From Patescibacteria group bacterium (GTDB taxonomy: Bacteria > Patescibacteriota > Kazan-3B-28), in NCBI GenBank assembly GCA_041649135.1, contig JBAZNQ010000001.1, positions 32,559 through 96,558 on the forward strand: DNA of 64,000 nt. Reading direction: 5' to 3'. The translations under genes were made by a program, and so were the position numbers. Of this stretch, positions 18,113-30,396 are shown piece after piece. How positions within the stretch are numbered: position 1 is the stretch's first letter; each line of letters starts with the position of its first letter. The notes beneath the pieces are model-generated. The model did no database searches. It was not told the DNA's origin and worked only from the letters and a program-made list of their open reading frames with translations.

Positions 18113-18946
18113 ATGAAACTTATTCAACCAACAGCCTTGGTCTTAATTGCCCTGCTAGCACTCGGTGGTGCGCGGTGCGGGCAAAATGCGACCGTCAACG
18201 GTAGTATTGAACAGACCAGTATCGCTACTGGTATCACCTACGACAACCAGCCAGAAAACAGTCTGGAGCAAGTTCCGGCGAGTGCAACAGCGATTTATCT
18301 TTCGGCAGAAATTGCCAACCCGACTAAATCCACTACCGTACAGGTGGCTTGGTATCAATTACCAACTACCGTCATCGCCAGCGAGGAATTTAGTGGCAAA
18401 CGGGAAAGTGGCGGTAATAATCTCGATTTCGACTATACCAAGTCCACCAGCTGGTTAGCTTCGCGAATAACTCGAACCGGCTTAAGCTGGTCGCTGGGCG
18501 ATTATCGGGTAGAAGTCAGCCTGAATGGCAATATCGCCAAAACCCTGTTCTTCAAAGTGGTGAGTGACAGCGAAGCCGAAAAAGCCAGCGTCGAGAAAAT
18601 TGTGAGCGCCTTAAGGGTAGGGGACGCTTTGGACGACGACAACCAGTTAGTCGCCGCTAAAACCAGCTTGGCTCGGGGGACTGACAATATCCACATTGCT
18701 GTTACCCTAACCGGTGCCAAAGCTGGTAGTAATCTGGAAGTCGGAGTTCGGTTTGTCAAAACCGATCTAGTTATCAACTCCTTTTCGTCAGTAGTATCGG
18801 GTAGTAAAACCCTGATTTTCTCCCTCCCCCGAGACCGTTTTGGCCGACTTTGGACCGATAAACTCTGGCCGGTCGGTAGTTTCGAAGTTACCGCCAAATT
18901 GAACGGGGTCATTGCTCGAACCACCACCTTTGTGGTCCAGCCTTAA
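18113..18946 (+). CDS. Secreted or lipoprotein-like hypothetical protein with two tandem beta-rich repeats
   Basis: Signal peptide MKLIQPTALVLIALLALGGARCG. No recognisable catalytic motif. Confidence 0.4.
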   Translation: MKLIQPTALVLIALLALGGARCGQNATVNGSIEQTSIATGITYDNQPENSLEQVPASATAIYLSAEIANPTKSTTVQVAWYQLPTTVIASEEFSGKRESGGNNLDFDYTKSTSWLASRITRTGLSWSLGDYRVEVSLNGNIAKTLFFKVVSDSEAEKASVEKIVSALRVGDALDDDNQLVAAKTSLARGTDNIHIAVTLTGAKAGSNLEVGVRFVKTDLVINSFSSVVSGSKTLIFSLPRDRFGRLWTDKLWPVGSFEVTAKLNGVIARTTTFVVQP

Positions 18947-19115
18947 AAAAAGTGGTTGCATCCATTGTGGGGTATCGTTTATAATGCAGACAACCTTGTG
19001 GGGTCTTGACGAGTAGCCCGATTTTAGTCATCTTTTTGCTACTATCCGAGACATTAAAAGCTGGTTCTATTCTTAACTTTTTGAGCAACTCTCGATTCAA
19101 AGAGCAGGTATTTTT

Positions 19116-22100
19116 ATGGCAAAAAATCAGCTGGACAAAGATATTTTGATTACCGCTAACCGCCTTTACGAAGATAAGTGGTACACCGATAAGAAAAAAG
19201 TTCCCCCGCTTCCCGAGCTAAACAATTTACAGCGTCGTTCATACGAGTACTTCATTCGTGAAGGCCTCAAAGAATTGTTCGCTGAAATTAGCCCGATCGA
19301 AGACTTAACGGGTAAAAATTTGGAACTTCATTTTGTCGACTACTATTTTGAGGAGCCGAAGTTTACCGAACAAACTGCTCATGAGCGGTACGCTACCTAT
19401 GAAGCGAGTCTTCGCGTCAAATTGCGATTAGTAAATAAGAACACCGGCGAAATTAAAGAACAAGAAGTTTTTTTGGGCGATATTCCGGTGATGACCCAAT
19501 CCGGAACTTTTATTATTAATGGTGTTGAGCGGGTCATCGTTTCTCAATTAGTTCGCTCCTCCGGCGTGTTATTCACTCGTGAAGATGGTCTTGAACACGG
19601 TCAGTATGGTGCCAAGATCATTCCTGAACGAGGCGCTTGGTTGGAACTGGAGACTAACGGTAAGGGAATTATTTCGGTCAAGATCGATCGCAAACGCAAA
19701 ACTTTTATTACTACTTTGTTGCGAGCTTTTGGGATTAGTAGCGACGCAGAATTAATTGAATTGTTTGCTGATGTTGGTGACAATCCTAAACTTGGTTTTC
19801 TGAAAGCAACTATCGAAAAGGATCCAACCAAATCTACCGATCAAGCTTTGTTGGAAGTTTACAAAAAAATTCGTCCCGGCGATCTCGCAACTGTTGATAA
19901 CGCTCGGACGCTTTTTGTTAATACGTTCCAGAATTTTCGTCGTTACGATCTAGGTGCCGTTGGTCGCTACAAATTAAACAAGCGGTTAAAAGTAAATCAT
20001 CCTAACGAACCAGAGTTTCGAGTTTTAACTAAGGACGATCTGATCACGATTACTCGTGAGATCATTCGGTTAGACAATAACGGTGGTTTAGCTGATGACG
20101 TTGATCACCTGAAGAACCGACGTGTGAAAGCTGTCGGTGAGTTGATGCAAAATAAATTCCGGACTGGTTTATTGCGCGTAGAAAGAATCGTTAAAGACCG
20201 CATGAGCGTTTCGGATATTAATACGATGACTCCGGCCCAGCTGATTAATGCTCGACCGATTTCCGCGATCATGCAGGAATTCTTCGGTTCTTCGCAGTTA
20301 AGCCAATTCATGGATCAGACCAATCCTTTGGCCGAGCTGGAACATAAACGGAGATTGTCGGCGATGGGCCCAGGTGGGTTGTCCCGCGAACGGGCCGGTT
20401 TTGAAGTTCGTGATGTCCATACCAGCCATTACGGTCGGATCTGTCCGATTCAAACTCCAGAAGGTCAAAACATTGGTTTGGTCGGTCATCTCGCTTCTTA
20501 CGCTCAAGTTAATGATTTTGGGTTTATCGAAACTCCCTATCGCAAAATCAACTCTGAAGTTGCTAATGATGGCAAAGCGGCGATTGGTCGGACTCTTCAC
20601 CGAGACGTCATTGATCCCAAAACCAAAAACATTGTCGCGGCTTCCGGTACTGTCGCCGATGAAGCGTTAGTCCAAAAGTTAGCCAAAATCGACGGTATTA
20701 CCAAAATTGAAGTTAAATCTTTTGTCACACCGCACATTGAATATCTTGATGCTCATGTTGAGGAAGATTTAGTTATTGCTCAAGCCAATATTCCGTTGGA
20801 TGACAAAGGCCAAGTCTTAAGCAGTCATGTTGCCGCTCGTCAGCAAGGCGAACCAACCTCTGTTTCGATCGGTCGCGTTAGCTATATGGACGTTTCACCA
20901 AAACAGATCGTTAGTGTTACCACTTCTTTGATCCCGTTTGTTGAACATGATGATGCCAAACGTGCCCTGATGGGTTCCAACATGCAACGTCAGGCTGTTC
21001 CGTTGGTGATTCCTCAAGTTCCAATTATCGGCACCGGTATGGAAGCTGACGCCGCGGTTGGTTCTGGATGGGTGATTACCGCTCCGGAAGATGGCACGAT
21101 TAAATACGCCGACAGTAGCCGAATTGAATTTTTGGCCGAAGGTAGCAAAAAGCCGATTACTTACACGCTGACCAAATTCGCTCGCAGTAATCATGAAACC
21201 AACCTCAATCAAACTCCGCTAGTCAATACTGGCGACAAAGTGAAGAAGGGGACTGCGTTATGTGACGGTCCAGCAATTAGTAATGGCAAATTGGCGCTGG
21301 GACGCAACTTGGTAGTTGCCTTCATGCCATGGGGCGGTGCTAACTATCAGGATGCCGTGATTTTGTCTGATCGAGCTGTTAAAGATGATGTCTTTACGTC
21401 TATTCATATTAAGCGGGAAGAGATTGATGTTCGCGATACTAAATTAGGCCCGGAGATCACCACTCGCGACATTCCTAATGTTGGCGAGGAAGCCGTGGCT
21501 GATTTGGATGAAGATGGCATTATTCGCATTGGTGCTCGCGTTACCTCCAACAATATTTTAGTCGGTAAGATTACTCCCAAAGGTGAAACTGAATTAACTG
21601 CCGAGGAAAGACTGTTGCGGGCTATCTTTGGTGAAAAAGTTAAAGATGTTAAAGATACTTCTCTTCGGATGCCACACGGCGGTTATGGAAAAGTTATTGG
21701 TGTTCAAGTTTTTGATGCTAGTAAAGGTGACAAACTCGAAGTTGGTGTGTTAAAGCGCATTTACGTTAATATTGCCCAGATGCGTAAAATTTCAGTTGGC
21801 GACAAATTAGCCGGTCGTCACGGTAATAAGGGTGTTATTTCAAAAATCGTACCGCAAGAAGATATGCCATGTTTGCCAGATGGTACTCCGGTTGATGTCA
21901 TTTTGAATCCCCTTGGTGTCATCTCCCGGATGAACTTGGGTCAGATTTTGGAAACTCATTTGGGTTGGGCCGCTGGCACTTTAGGTTTCAATGCGGTTAA
22001 CCCAGTTTTCGAAGGTATTGGAATGCAGGGCATTGTCGAAGAACTGCGGAAGGGCAATTTACCAGAAAACGGCAAAATTCAATTAACTGACGGTCGCTCC

Positions 22101-22556
22101 GGTGAACCTTTCGGTCAGCCCACTACGGTCGGTGTAATTTACATGATGAAATTGGCGCACATGGTTGATGACAAGATCCATGCTCGTTCCATCGGCCCGT
22201 ATGCTTTGGTTACCCAGCAGCCACTCGGTGGTAAAGCTCAACTTGGCGGTCAGCGATTTGGTGAAATGGAAGTTTGGGCGTTGGAAGGCTATGGCGCCGC
22301 CTATATTTTGGAAGAAATGCTGACGATCAAATCCGATGACGTTCAGGGACGCGCCCGCACTTATGAATCGATCATCAAGGGTGAGCCGATCCAAAAACCT
22401 CAAACGCCAGAAGCTTTCAACGTAATTGTTAAGGAACTCCAAGGTTTAGGGCTAAACGTTGAAGTGGTTCATTCTCCAGACGAATTAAAGCGTCCGATCG
22501 GTGAACATCGTGATAGCGGTAAAGCTTTACATAAAACTATCAAGCGTAAATCTTAA
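19116..22556 (+). CDS. rpoB: DNA-directed RNA polymerase subunit beta
   Basis: 1146 aa, with unmistakable conserved blocks. Confidence 0.98.
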   Translation: MAKNQLDKDILITANRLYEDKWYTDKKKVPPLPELNNLQRRSYEYFIREGLKELFAEISPIEDLTGKNLELHFVDYYFEEPKFTEQTAHERYATYEASLRVKLRLVNKNTGEIKEQEVFLGDIPVMTQSGTFIINGVERVIVSQLVRSSGVLFTREDGLEHGQYGAKIIPERGAWLELETNGKGIISVKIDRKRKTFITTLLRAFGISSDAELIELFADVGDNPKLGFLKATIEKDPTKSTDQALLEVYKKIRPGDLATVDNARTLFVNTFQNFRRYDLGAVGRYKLNKRLKVNHPNEPEFRVLTKDDLITITREIIRLDNNGGLADDVDHLKNRRVKAVGELMQNKFRTGLLRVERIVKDRMSVSDINTMTPAQLINARPISAIMQEFFGSSQLSQFMDQTNPLAELEHKRRLSAMGPGGLSRERAGFEVRDVHTSHYGRICPIQTPEGQNIGLVGHLASYAQVNDFGFIETPYRKINSEVANDGKAAIGRTLHRDVIDPKTKNIVAASGTVADEALVQKLAKIDGITKIEVKSFVTPHIEYLDAHVEEDLVIAQANIPLDDKGQVLSSHVAARQQGEPTSVSIGRVSYMDVSPKQIVSVTTSLIPFVEHDDAKRALMGSNMQRQAVPLVIPQVPIIGTGMEADAAVGSGWVITAPEDGTIKYADSSRIEFLAEGSKKPITYTLTKFARSNHETNLNQTPLVNTGDKVKKGTALCDGPAISNGKLALGRNLVVAFMPWGGANYQDAVILSDRAVKDDVFTSIHIKREEIDVRDTKLGPEITTRDIPNVGEEAVADLDEDGIIRIGARVTSNNILVGKITPKGETELTAEERLLRAIFGEKVKDVKDTSLRMPHGGYGKVIGVQVFDASKGDKLEVGVLKRIYVNIAQMRKISVGDKLAGRHGNKGVISKIVPQEDMPCLPDGTPVDVILNPLGVISRMNLGQILETHLGWAAGTLGFNAVNPVFEGIGMQGIVEELRKGNLPENGKIQLTDGRSGEPFGQPTTVGVIYMMKLAHMVDDKIHARSIGPYALVTQQPLGGKAQLGGQRFGEMEVWALEGYGAAYILEEMLTIKSDDVQGRARTYESIIKGEPIQKPQTPEAFNVIVKELQGLGLNVEVVHSPDELKRPIGEHRDSGKALHKTIKRKS

Positions 22557-25500
22557 TGAAACCAGATAACATTACTGAATCAGACTTTTTGGCGGTTCGG
22601 ATCGGTGTCGCTTCGCCCGAACAGATTTTCGATTGGTCTCACGGCGAAGTTACCAAACCAGAAACCATTAACTACCGGACTCTGCGTCCGGAGAAAGATG
22701 GTTTGTTTGATGAAAGAATTTTTGGCCCCACCAAAGATTGGGAATGTTATTGCGGCAAATACAAGAAAATCCGATACAAAGGCATTGTCTGCGATAAATG
22801 CGGCGTGGAAGTTACCCGAGCCGCTGTTCGGCGTGAACGGATGGGACACATTCAATTAGCCGCCCCAGTTAGCCACATCTGGTATTTGCGTGGCACGCCA
22901 TCTCGTTTGGGTCTGACATTAAATGTCCCCGCCCGTCGAGTTGAGCAGGTAATTTATTTTGCCGCTTACATTATTACTAGTGTCGAAGAAGATGCTCGCA
23001 GTCAGGCGCTGGCACAACTAGAACAAGAATTCAAGAATCACATTACTCGCTTAAAAAATGAGCACAAACAACAACGTTTAAGCGATGCTGAACTTGAAGA
23101 AAAATTAGACAAACTCAAAGCCGCCTACCAAACTGCAGTCAATGAAATTAAAGAATTGAAATTAAAGCAGATCCTCTCCGAGCATGAATACCGCAATCTG
23201 GCGCTGAAATATGGTCAGGTATTCAAAGCCGGTATTGGTGCCGAGGCAGTTTACCAATTGATCAAAGACATGGATTTGGATGAGGAAATCAAACAGATCC
23301 GGTTGCAGTTGCGTGATGCCGCTGGCCAAAAATTCAAGCGTTTGCAAAAACGGTTACGTTTGTTGGATGGCATGATCAAGGCTAATCTTCATCCATCTTG
23401 GATGTTTATTACCGTTTTGCCAGTTATTCCACCAGACCTTCGGCCAATGGTACAGCTCGATGGTGGTCGGTTTGCTACTTCTGACTTAAACGATTTGTAT
23501 CGTCGGGTTATCAACCGCAATAATCGCTTAAAGAAATTAGTCGAGATCGGCGCTCCGGAAGTTATTACTCGCAACGAAAAACGGATGCTTCAGGAAGCCG
23601 TTGATGCTTTGTTTGACATTACTGCTCGTGAAACCTCTACCACCACAGCGACTAAGCGCCAGCTAAAATCGTTGTCCGATATGTTAAAGGGTAAGCAAGG
23701 TCGGTTCCGTCAGAACCTGCTTGGTAAGCGTGTCGATTATTCTGGTCGTTCTGTCATTGTGGTTGGTCCAAAATTGGAACTGGACGAATGTGGTGTGCCA
23801 AAATCAATTGCTTTGGAATTATTTAAACCGTTTGTGATCGCCAAGTTAATGCAGGACGGCATTGTTCATAATGTCAAAACTGCCGGTAAGATGGTGGAAA
23901 AAGAAACCACCGAAGTTTGGGATGCGCTGGATAGTGTCATCGGTCACTATCATGTGTTGTTAAATCGCGCTCCTACTCTTCACCGTTTGGGTATCCAAGC
24001 CTTCAAGCCAATCTTGGTGGAAGGAAATGCGATCCAACTGCATCCGTTAACTTGTACGGCTTTTAACGCGGACTTTGATGGCGACCAAATGGCGATCCAT
24101 TTACCATTGTCTGAACCGGCCCAAAAAGAAGCGCGGGAAATTATGTTATCCACTAAGAACTTACTGAAACCAGCTACCGGTGATCCGATCGTACTGGCCG
24201 ACCAAGACATGATCTTGGGCTGCTACTATTTGACCTTAAAGGCTGATTTACCAGCCGAGGGAAAACTAAAAACCTTCTCCGATATTAATGAAGCGAGATT
24301 AGCGTTAGCTCACCATGCGATCCATCTACACACTCCAATTTTTGTGTCAGCCAAGGGTGAAAATCGCGAAACTACCCTCGGTCGATTGATCTTTAATGAA
24401 ATTTTGCCGGAAGAATTCGCATACTTTAATGATGTAGCCGATAAAAAATCGCTCAAAAAAATCGTTATCAACTGTTACAAAGTCATGACTCAAGAACGGA
24501 CAGTTGAGTTGGTTAATGGCATCAAAGATCTTGGCTTCGAATATGCAACCTTATCCGGCGCTACTTTTTCTGCCACCGATTTGGAAATTCCTAATGAAAA
24601 GGCCAGCATTATTTCTAATACTGACGATCAAGTTGAGATTATCCGTCAACAATTTAAAGAAGGTTTAATTACTGCCGACGAACGTCGCCGTTTAGTCATT
24701 AACTTATGGGAAAAAACTAAACAGGAAGTGGAAGCTCTCTTAAAGAGCCAATTAAGTCACAAATTGTTTAATCCTACTGCCATGATGGTCAATTCTGGCG
24801 CCAGAGGTAGTTTGGAACAGTTCAACCAGATGGTTGGTATTGTTGGTACCAAAGTTAGTGCGACCGGTAGCAAGATCGAATTGCCAGTTAAATCCAACTA
24901 CAAAGAAGGTCTCGAATCTTTGGAATATTTCTTATCCACTCATGGCGCCCGTAAAGGTCTCTCCGATACTGCCTTGCGTACTTCTGATGCTGGTTATTTG
25001 ACTCGTCGTTTGGTGGATGTTTGTCAGGATGTAGTCGTCGCTCAAACCGATTGCGGCACCTCTGCTGGTATCCAAATGCCACGTAATGCCGAAGATTTGT
25101 TGGGTGATCCATTTGAAAAAAGACTAGAAGGCCGCTACCTAGCCGAAGATGTGAAAGCTGACGGCAAAGTTGTGGCTCACGTTGGTGATTACATTACAGA
25201 AGATCTTGCCAAAGCGATTGATGCTACCGGTGTCGCTTCTGTCACTCTGCGTTCGCCGATTTGGTGCGAAGCCGATTGGGGCATTTGTCAGAAATGTTAT
25301 GGCAAAGATTTGGCTCGGGGTAAATTGACGGCTATTGGTGAGGCGGTTGGTATTGTTGCCGCTCAAAGTATCGGTGAGCCGGGTACCCAGTTAACCATGA
25401 GAACTTTCCATACTGGTGGTGTAGCTTCGACTGCCGATATTACCCAAGGTTTGCCACGGGTAGAAGAATTGTTTGAAGCTCGCAATCCTAAAACCGAAGC

Positions 25501-26350
25501 CATGATGGCCACCATTGCCGGTGTTATCAGCATCATGGAAGTTGGCAATAAAAAAGTTATGCGACTGGAAGGCGACGAAGATGCCACTACCCAAATTTCA
25601 GTTCCTACCGGTGCTGATGTTAAGATTTCTGGCACTACTAAAGTCAAGCGCAATGATGTTTTGTTTATTACCAAGTCCGGTGAAGAGTTTAAATCACCGA
25701 CTAGTGGCGAAGCCGTTGTTGAAGATGGCTCGATCATGCTAACTTACACCAAAAAACAGACCTACGAATTCCAACTTACCAATCGGACTTTCCTGCGTGT
25801 AAAAGACGGCGATACAGTTGAGCGTGGTCAGCAATTAACGGAAGGCCAGCTCAATTTGAAAGATCTAATGGAGCTAAAGGGAGTGGAAGCAACCCAACGC
25901 TACATCATTAACGAAATTCAAAAAATTTATAATTTACAAGGCCAGAACATCAGCGACAAACATATTGAAATTGTCGTTCGACAAATGTTCTCCAAGGTTC
26001 GCATCGAAAAAGCCGGCGATAGCGATTTAATTGCCGGTGAAATTGCTGAACGGTTGAAATTCAATCAGGCCGCTGCTGACATGGTGACCAAAGGCAAGAC
26101 TCCGCCGATTGCTACTCAACTATTGTTGGGCGTAACCAAGGCTTCCTTAAATACTGAAAGCTTCCTGTCTGCCGCTTCCTTCCAAGAAACTACTCGGGTT
26201 TTGGTAGATGCCGCAGTCGTTGGTAAAGTCGATTACCTTCGAGGTCTGAAAGAAAATGTCATTGTTGGACGGCTCATTCCTGCTGGTACCGGCTTCTATG
26301 AGTATCACAAGGATATGACACCACCGGTTAAGATTGACAACGAAGAATAA
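22556..26350 (+). CDS. rpoC: DNA-directed RNA polymerase subunit beta'
   Basis: 1264 aa; NADFDGD catalytic motif and zinc-binding Cys. Overlaps the rpoB stop. Confidence 0.98.
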   Translation: MKPDNITESDFLAVRIGVASPEQIFDWSHGEVTKPETINYRTLRPEKDGLFDERIFGPTKDWECYCGKYKKIRYKGIVCDKCGVEVTRAAVRRERMGHIQLAAPVSHIWYLRGTPSRLGLTLNVPARRVEQVIYFAAYIITSVEEDARSQALAQLEQEFKNHITRLKNEHKQQRLSDAELEEKLDKLKAAYQTAVNEIKELKLKQILSEHEYRNLALKYGQVFKAGIGAEAVYQLIKDMDLDEEIKQIRLQLRDAAGQKFKRLQKRLRLLDGMIKANLHPSWMFITVLPVIPPDLRPMVQLDGGRFATSDLNDLYRRVINRNNRLKKLVEIGAPEVITRNEKRMLQEAVDALFDITARETSTTTATKRQLKSLSDMLKGKQGRFRQNLLGKRVDYSGRSVIVVGPKLELDECGVPKSIALELFKPFVIAKLMQDGIVHNVKTAGKMVEKETTEVWDALDSVIGHYHVLLNRAPTLHRLGIQAFKPILVEGNAIQLHPLTCTAFNADFDGDQMAIHLPLSEPAQKEAREIMLSTKNLLKPATGDPIVLADQDMILGCYYLTLKADLPAEGKLKTFSDINEARLALAHHAIHLHTPIFVSAKGENRETTLGRLIFNEILPEEFAYFNDVADKKSLKKIVINCYKVMTQERTVELVNGIKDLGFEYATLSGATFSATDLEIPNEKASIISNTDDQVEIIRQQFKEGLITADERRRLVINLWEKTKQEVEALLKSQLSHKLFNPTAMMVNSGARGSLEQFNQMVGIVGTKVSATGSKIELPVKSNYKEGLESLEYFLSTHGARKGLSDTALRTSDAGYLTRRLVDVCQDVVVAQTDCGTSAGIQMPRNAEDLLGDPFEKRLEGRYLAEDVKADGKVVAHVGDYITEDLAKAIDATGVASVTLRSPIWCEADWGICQKCYGKDLARGKLTAIGEAVGIVAAQSIGEPGTQLTMRTFHTGGVASTADITQGLPRVEELFEARNPKTEAMMATIAGVISIMEVGNKKVMRLEGDEDATTQISVPTGADVKISGTTKVKRNDVLFITKSGEEFKSPTSGEAVVEDGSIMLTYTKKQTYEFQLTNRTFLRVKDGDTVERGQQLTEGQLNLKDLMELKGVEATQRYIINEIQKIYNLQGQNISDKHIEIVVRQMFSKVRIEKAGDSDLIAGEIAERLKFNQAAADMVTKGKTPPIATQLLLGVTKASLNTESFLSAASFQETTRVLVDAAVVGKVDYLRGLKENVIVGRLIPAGTGFYEYHKDMTPPVKIDNEE

Positions 26351-26394
26351 TATCAGATAAACTACGGCGTGGGCAGAAATTAACCAATCTGTCC

Positions 26395-26600
26395 CATTAA
26401 GTCGTCATTCTGACAAGCCTCCCTCCCCGTCATTCTGAACTTCTCGTCATTCCAAACCCCTCCCCCGTCATTCTGGCAAGCGCAGCGCATCCAGAATCGT
26501 ATAAAGACAACCTTTTCCTTGTCATTCCGAGCGAGCGTAGCGAGTCGAAGAATCTAGACCGAAGGTCGCTCCGCTAGATCCTTCATTACCATTCAGGATG
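26395..26600. repeat. Tandem cluster of MITE-like GTCATTCYG...CAGAATC/GGATGAC hairpin elements between rpoC and rpsL
   Basis: Four GTCATTC heads followed by inverted tails. Confidence 0.55.
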
Positions 26601-26669
26601 ACAGATGTGAAGAACACCATTCACTCTCCTCTCTATTCTCTATTCACTATTCACTATTCACTATCTCCT

Positions 26670-27098
26670 ATGCCGACAGTTAATCAACTATTAAAGTCTG
26701 GCCGTAAAACCGCCGCCAAAAAGAGCAAATCACCTGCTCTGCAACGTCGTTTCAATACGCTCAAAAATCGGCCGGTGCGGTTAAAAAAGGGTTCTCCCTT
26801 CAAGCGGGGTGTCTGTACCAAAGTTACTACCATGACTCCTAAAAAACCAAACTCCGCTCTGCGAAAGATCGCTCGTGTTCGGTTAACCAATCGGATGGAA
26901 GTTACCGCCTACATTCCCGGCATCGGTCATAATCTGCAGGAGCACTCTATTGTTATGATCAGAGGCGGTCGGGTGAAAGACCTTCCGGGTGTTCGCTACC
27001 ATATTGTCCGAGGCCATTTGGATACGGCTGGTGCTGCCAATCGGAAACAGGGCCGGAGTAAATATGGCGCCAAAAAAACAGAAGCAATTAAAGCATAA
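26670..27098 (+). CDS. rpsL: 30S ribosomal protein S12
   Basis: [13 protein letters not shown]... The start is taken at the internal ATG 26670, directly after a CACTATTCACT repeat leader. Confidence 0.95.
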   Translation: MPTVNQLLKSGRKTAAKKSKSPALQRRFNTLKNRPVRLKKGSPFKRGVCTKVTTMTPKKPNSALRKIARVRLTNRMEVTAYIPGIGHNLQEHSIVMIRGGRVKDLPGVRYHIVRGHLDTAGAANRKQGRSKYGAKKTEAIKA

Positions 27099-27202
27099 AT
27101 CCCAAGCACGAAATACAAAATCCTAAACAAATCCCAAATCCCAAAAAATATCTTCCTTATATGTTTAGAATTTAGAAATTATAATTTAGAATTTACCAAG
27201 GT

Positions 27203-27676
27203 ATGGCTCGTAGCAAACAAAAAATAGCTAAACATTTTGAACCGGACCAAAAGTACGGCAATATTTTAATTGGCCGGCTGATCAGTAAGATTATGCTTAA
27301 CGGTAAGCGTACCGTTGCTGAACGGATCGTTTATCAAGCGCTGGATGCGGCCTCTAAAAAATTAGGTAAAGAGCCAGTCGAAGTTTTTGAAACTGTCATG
27401 CACAATATCTCTCCCTCCGTTCAGTTAAAAGCGCGTCGGATGGGCGGTTCCAATTTGCAAGTACCGACTGAAGTTAGCGCTGACCGCCGAATTGTCATTG
27501 CTATGAAATGGTTAGTTCAAGTTTCTCGGGGCATTAAAGGCAAACCGATGAAAGATAGATTAACTCAAGAATTAATTGACGCTTACAACGGCACCGGTAA
27601 CACGATGCGCAAGAAAGAAGAAACTCACCGGATGGCTGAAGCCAACCAAGCCTTCGCCCATTTCTCGAAGTTCTAA
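27203..27676 (+). CDS. rpsG: 30S ribosomal protein S7
   Basis: 157 aa. Confidence 0.95.
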   Translation: MARSKQKIAKHFEPDQKYGNILIGRLISKIMLNGKRTVAERIVYQALDAASKKLGKEPVEVFETVMHNISPSVQLKARRMGGSNLQVPTEVSADRRIVIAMKWLVQVSRGIKGKPMKDRLTQELIDAYNGTGNTMRKKEETHRMAEANQAFAHFSKF

Positions 27677-27753
27677 CAAATAGACGAATAGACGAATCGA
27701 TAAGTCTATTAGTCTATAGGTCTATAAATCTATAGGTCTATAAGTCTTTATTC

Positions 27754-29826
27754 ATGACCGAACGACAATATTCTCTCGACAAAACCCGTAACATTGGCAT
27801 CATCGCCCATATTGACGCTGGCAAAACCACCGTTTCCGAGCGAATTCTTTTTTATACCGGAAAAACTTATAAAATCGGTGAAGTTCATGAAGGTGCGGCT
27901 GTCATGGACTGGATGGAACAAGAACAAGAGCGGGGGATTACGATTACCTCTGCCGCTACGACTTGTTTCTGGAATGATACTCGAATTAACTTAATTGATA
28001 CGCCGGGCCATGTTGATTTTACCGTTGAAGTAGAACGCTCTCTGCGTGTCCTAGATGGCGGTGTCGTCGTATTTGATGGTGTGGCTGGTGTCGAACCACA
28101 ATCTGAAACAGTTTGGCGTCAGGCGGACAAATATTCGGTCCCACGCATTTGTTTTGTGAACAAAATGGATCGCATGGGTGCTGACTTCTATTTCTGCTAC
28201 AAAACTATCCTTGATCGGCTCGGTGCTAACGCTGTGCCGATCCAATTACCAATTGGTGCGGCAGAAACTTTTAAAGGTATCGTCGATTTAGTTACTGAAC
28301 GAGCCTACATTTATCAAGACGATTTAGGCAAAGATATTTTGGAAACTGATGTACCGGATGATTTGAAGGACAAGGTTAAAGAATTTCGTCACAACATGCT
28401 TGAGAAAATTGTTGAGACTGAAGACGCTCTGATGGAAAAGTTTTTGGCTGATCAAGCCATTACCAACGATGAACTAAAGCAGGCCATGCGGGCCGCGATT
28501 ATCGCCGGTAAAATGGTGCCGGTCATGTGTGGTACTGCTTTAAAGAATAAAGGGATTCAAAAACTCCTCGATGCTGTGGTGGATTATTTGCCGACTCCCC
28601 TAGATGTTCCGCCGATTAAGGCCACCGATCCAAAAACTGGCGAGGATATTGAACGGCATCCTTCGGATGATGAGCCATTTACCGCCTTGGCGTTCAAAAT
28701 TGCCACCGACCCATTTGTGGGGAAATTAGTTTATTTTCGAGTTTATTCCGGCACATTAAAGTCCGGCTCTTATGTTTTAAATGCCAGCAAAGGCACCAAA
28801 GAACGGGTTAGCCGCATTTTGCGGATGCACAGTAATCACCGCGAAGAAGTGGATCAAATTTTTGCCGGTGAGATCGGCGCTATTGTTGGTCTAAAAGATG
28901 TTACTACTGGTGATACGTTATGCGAAGAAGCTCATCCCGTCTTACTTGAATCAATTACCTTCCCTGAACCAGTTATCTCAATCGCGGTTGAGCCCAAGAC
29001 CAAAGCCGACCAAGAAAAAATGGGTTTGGCGTTGGCGAAGCTGGCAGAAGAAGATCCAACTTTCCGGGTTACTTCCAACCAAGAGTCGGGTCAGACCGAA
29101 ATTTCCGGTATGGGTGAACTTCACTTGGATATTATTGTTGATCGGATGAAGCGCGAATTTAAAGTTGAAGCTAATATTGGTAAACCGCAGGTGGCTTATC
29201 GTGAAACTATCACTACCGAAGCTACTAATGAGACCAAATACATCAAACAATCCGGTGGTCGCGGTCAGTATGGTCATGTTGTCTTAAAACTCGAACCACT
29301 CGAAACTGGTGGGTTTGAATTTGTGAACAAAATTGTTGGCGGTGTCATTCCCAAAGAATACATTCCGGCTGTTCAGAAGGGGATTGAGGCGGCGTTGGGA
29401 CGCGGGGTGATCGCCGGCTATCCGGTAGTTGATATTAAGGCGACGTTATTCGATGGTTCGTATCACGAAGTCGACTCTAACGAAATGGCCTTCCAAATTG
29501 CAGGTAGTATGTGTTTCCAAGAAGGTGTCCGTAAGGGCAATCCAGTCATTCTCGAACCTATTATGAAAGTTGAAGCAGTTACTCCTGAAGAATATGCCGG
29601 TGATGTAATGGGGGATTTAAACTCCAAACGCGGCCGCATTGAGGGCATGACTGATCGGGCTAATGCTAAAGTGATTCGGGCCTTCGTTCCGCTCGCCGAG
29701 ATGTTTGGCTATGCCACTAACCTGCGCTCCATGTCCCAAGGCCGCGCCTCCTACACCATGGAGTTCGACCATTACGAAAAGGTTCCGGCCAACATTCAGG
29801 CCGAGCTAGTCGCTAAAAAAGGCTAA
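27754..29826 (+). CDS. fusA: Elongation factor G
   Basis: 690 aa; [10 protein letters not shown]-domain. Confidence 0.97.
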   Translation: MTERQYSLDKTRNIGIIAHIDAGKTTVSERILFYTGKTYKIGEVHEGAAVMDWMEQEQERGITITSAATTCFWNDTRINLIDTPGHVDFTVEVERSLRVLDGGVVVFDGVAGVEPQSETVWRQADKYSVPRICFVNKMDRMGADFYFCYKTILDRLGANAVPIQLPIGAAETFKGIVDLVTERAYIYQDDLGKDILETDVPDDLKDKVKEFRHNMLEKIVETEDALMEKFLADQAITNDELKQAMRAAIIAGKMVPVMCGTALKNKGIQKLLDAVVDYLPTPLDVPPIKATDPKTGEDIERHPSDDEPFTALAFKIATDPFVGKLVYFRVYSGTLKSGSYVLNASKGTKERVSRILRMHSNHREEVDQIFAGEIGAIVGLKDVTTGDTLCEEAHPVLLESITFPEPVISIAVEPKTKADQEKMGLALAKLAEEDPTFRVTSNQESGQTEISGMGELHLDIIVDRMKREFKVEANIGKPQVAYRETITTEATNETKYIKQSGGRGQYGHVVLKLEPLETGGFEFVNKIVGGVIPKEYIPAVQKGIEAALGRGVIAGYPVVDIKATLFDGSYHEVDSNEMAFQIAGSMCFQEGVRKGNPVILEPIMKVEAVTPEEYAGDVMGDLNSKRGRIEGMTDRANAKVIRAFVPLAEMFGYATNLRSMSQGRASYTMEFDHYEKVPANIQAELVAKKG

Positions 29827-29831
29827 AAAAG

Positions 29832-29886
29832 AGGCCCAGACACATAGCTTTTGACAGCTGTTGTTATCTTGGGCCTTTTTCTTTTC
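29832..29886 (+). terminator. Rho-independent terminator after fusA (aggcccaga...tcttgggcctttttcttttcg)
   Basis: Long stem plus T-run. Confidence 0.6.
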
Positions 29887-30218
29887 GTGTAGGCATAGTT
29901 CTTGTTTAGCCATGCCTACGGCTGGTGCCGGGTACGCCGTCTTTATGGTACGACCATACCCAGAGTACAGAGAAGATGAGGAGGAAGACCCCCCTGCCAA
30001 CCAATTCTGTGAACACTGCCACTCGCACCTCCAAGTCGATTGATACGTTCACTGTAGCAAAAATATCAAAATTGTCAACCCCAGAGCTACTTACTACTAA
30101 CTTAACCCCAAACAAGCTGGTGCCCATAAAAAGCTAATTGGGCCATGAAATAACTCAAATATCAAGCTCCCCGCCATCCGGCGGGGAGCTTACAAAACCG
30201 CCACCAGAGCCGAAAATC

Positions 30219-30247
30219 TTGACATAGCCCTCGATAACTGGTAGGTT
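30219..30247 (+). promoter_or_regulatory. Candidate sigma70 promoter (TTGACA-17 nt-TAGGTT) driving the fusA-tuf islet genes
   Basis: Perfect -35 with 17-nt spacing; weak -10. Confidence 0.35.
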
Positions 30248-30306
30248 TAGTTTAGCTCATTAGGCAGACCTTGCTATTAAGCGGGCTGACCACAAAGGAG
30301 AAAAAA

Positions 30307-30396
30307 ATGGGCAACACAATCAAAGTGCACATTCCCAATAATGACGAGGCGTACGTCCTCAGCAAACTCGGCCGAACATTCTCTACGAGTTGCTAG
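30307..30396 (+). CDS. 29-aa ORF (MGNTIKVHIPNNDEAYVLSKLGRTFSTSC) with a canonical Shine-Dalgarno, ending in a TAG that is in frame with the next ORF
   Basis: SD aaaggag lies 7 nt upstream. The GC-rich codon usage differs from the host genes. Confidence 0.35.
   Translation: MGNTIKVHIPNNDEAYVLSKLGRTFSTSC

Noticed and set aside
19601-26000. Numerous 60-125-aa ORFs antisense to or out-of-frame within rpoB, rpoC, fusA, tuf, secY and ribosomal genes
   Set aside because: They lie fully inside long, highly conserved genes, have low-complexity translations and lack start context. They are artefacts of a six-frame scan.
29861-30043. 60-aa ORF (…CEHCHSH…) in the fusA-tuf islet
   Set aside because: No SD or leader. 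The start sits in the 3' arm of a strong hairpin and an overlapping antisense ORF is equally long. It is more likely non-coding leader or sRNA sequence.
30394-30396. TAG recoded as a sense codon (alternative genetic code)
   Set aside because: TAG clearly terminates rplR (41298-41300) and rpmG (51910-51912) at conserved C-termini, and TGA/TAA are also used as stops. The standard code applies. The in-frame TAG is a real stop, or a local readthrough or mutation event.
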